NCBI GenBank assembly: GCA_020184695.1
Contig: JAANOX010000275.1
Span: forward strand, 1 to 64,000
Direction: 5' to 3'
DNA from: Histomonas meleagridis 2922-C6/04-290x
Taxonomy: Eukaryota; Protista; Parabasalia
DNA: 64,000 nucleotides
Positions 63,165-64,000 of this stretch are shown here, one piece after another; position 1 is the stretch's first letter; the number at the start of each line of letters is the position of its first letter. The position numbers were made by a program, and so were the translations under genes. The notes beneath the pieces were generated by a model. The model did no database searches, was not told where the DNA came from, and was given only the letters and a program-made list of their open reading frames with translations.

Positions 63165-63662
63165 ATGGAAGAAAATGAACAATTATCTAATTCAAATTGG
63201 ACACAACAAAGTGACGAAGCGTGGGAAATTCAAGATCATTCATTACGCCGTCCAAAAAATGCATTTCTTTTATTTACAGAAAAATTTCGATTAACTCTTC
63301 CAGAAGAATTTGAAAGAAAATCAAATGTTGAACTTACGAAAATAATCAGTCAAAAATGGAAAGAAATGAATGATGATGAAAAAGAACGATATAAGCAAAA
63401 AGCATCAGAATTATTTTCTGAGTTTAAAAATAAAAATCCAAATTATAATTACAAAAAGGTACAAAAAAAGAAGAAACTCAATAAAATTGCGAAAACTCTT
63501 TCAGAAAATCCATTACTTGAAGCTCAAATAGTTTCTGGTCAATTTGGTTCTGATGTTTTTCATTACCCAGTTGATCCAAATCTATTTTTTCTTTTTACTA
63601 TTGGAAACAGATACATTAATAGAGCGCTTCATGGGAAACCATTAAATATTTCATCTAAGTAA
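63165..63662 (+). CDS. HMG-box protein
   Basis: RRPKNAFLLF...SNVELTKIISQKWKEMNDDEKERY...NPNYNYK. Confidence 0.93.
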   Translation: MEENEQLSNSNWTQQSDEAWEIQDHSLRRPKNAFLLFTEKFRLTLPEEFERKSNVELTKIISQKWKEMNDDEKERYKQKASELFSEFKNKNPNYNYKKVQKKKKLNKIAKTLSENPLLEAQIVSGQFGSDVFHYPVDPNLFFLFTIGNRYINRALHGKPLNISSK

Positions 63663-64000
63663 TTATCTAGATTATTTTGATTGAAAAAGAAAAGCACTAT
63701 TTTTAACTTAAAACATCACAATAATTAAATGCAATATATTCAGTCAGAACTTAATGCGAAAAAATGTTAAAACAAAAATATACTCCATGTTCCCAAAGCG
63801 TGGAGTAAAATTCAGTACAAAGTCCACTTTTGATAGATCTCATATAAAATTTCCTATCATATGTTGTAAAATTCACTTTTTGAATCATCTTATACAAATA
63901 ATTATTAGTTCACTCAAAAGTGGAGAAAGTGAATTCATCACAAATTTTGTATACTTTATATAACTCAAAATGTTGGAAAAAATGCCAACACCTCACATTC

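Overview
Very AT-rich eukaryotic genomic DNA with compact, essentially intron-free genes. Gene content (DUF3447-ankyrin, BEACH, Myb, Maverick relics) points to a parabasalid protist such as a Tritrichomonas-like trichomonad; this is inference. Bases 1-17,000 are a gene desert: decayed Mutator, Merlin, mariner and pogo-like fragments, a degraded Maverick/Polinton-like element (integrase, HNH, probable polB and capsid remnants), and a 3.5-kb (ATATGT)n tract. Bases 18,000-64,000 are gene-dense (BEACH, surface protein, Rab, RPS11, fibrillarin, copine, CK2-beta, Cdc6/Orc1-like, NPL4, NMT, Myb, TBC, HMG), with further transposon relics near 59-61 kb. The standout is two minus-strand DUF3447 genes (29.9-32.1 kb and 33.3-36.6 kb). 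Each continues downstream as an array of intact single-ankyrin-repeat cassettes (about 90 nt) separated by a conserved, stop-containing, frame-breaking spacer. The spacer is exactly 80 nt in all 12 units of the larger array and lacks GT-AG ends. This suggests an unexplained processing mechanism (non-canonical splicing, recoding or DNA-level cassette assembly). The mechanism cannot be determined from sequence alone.
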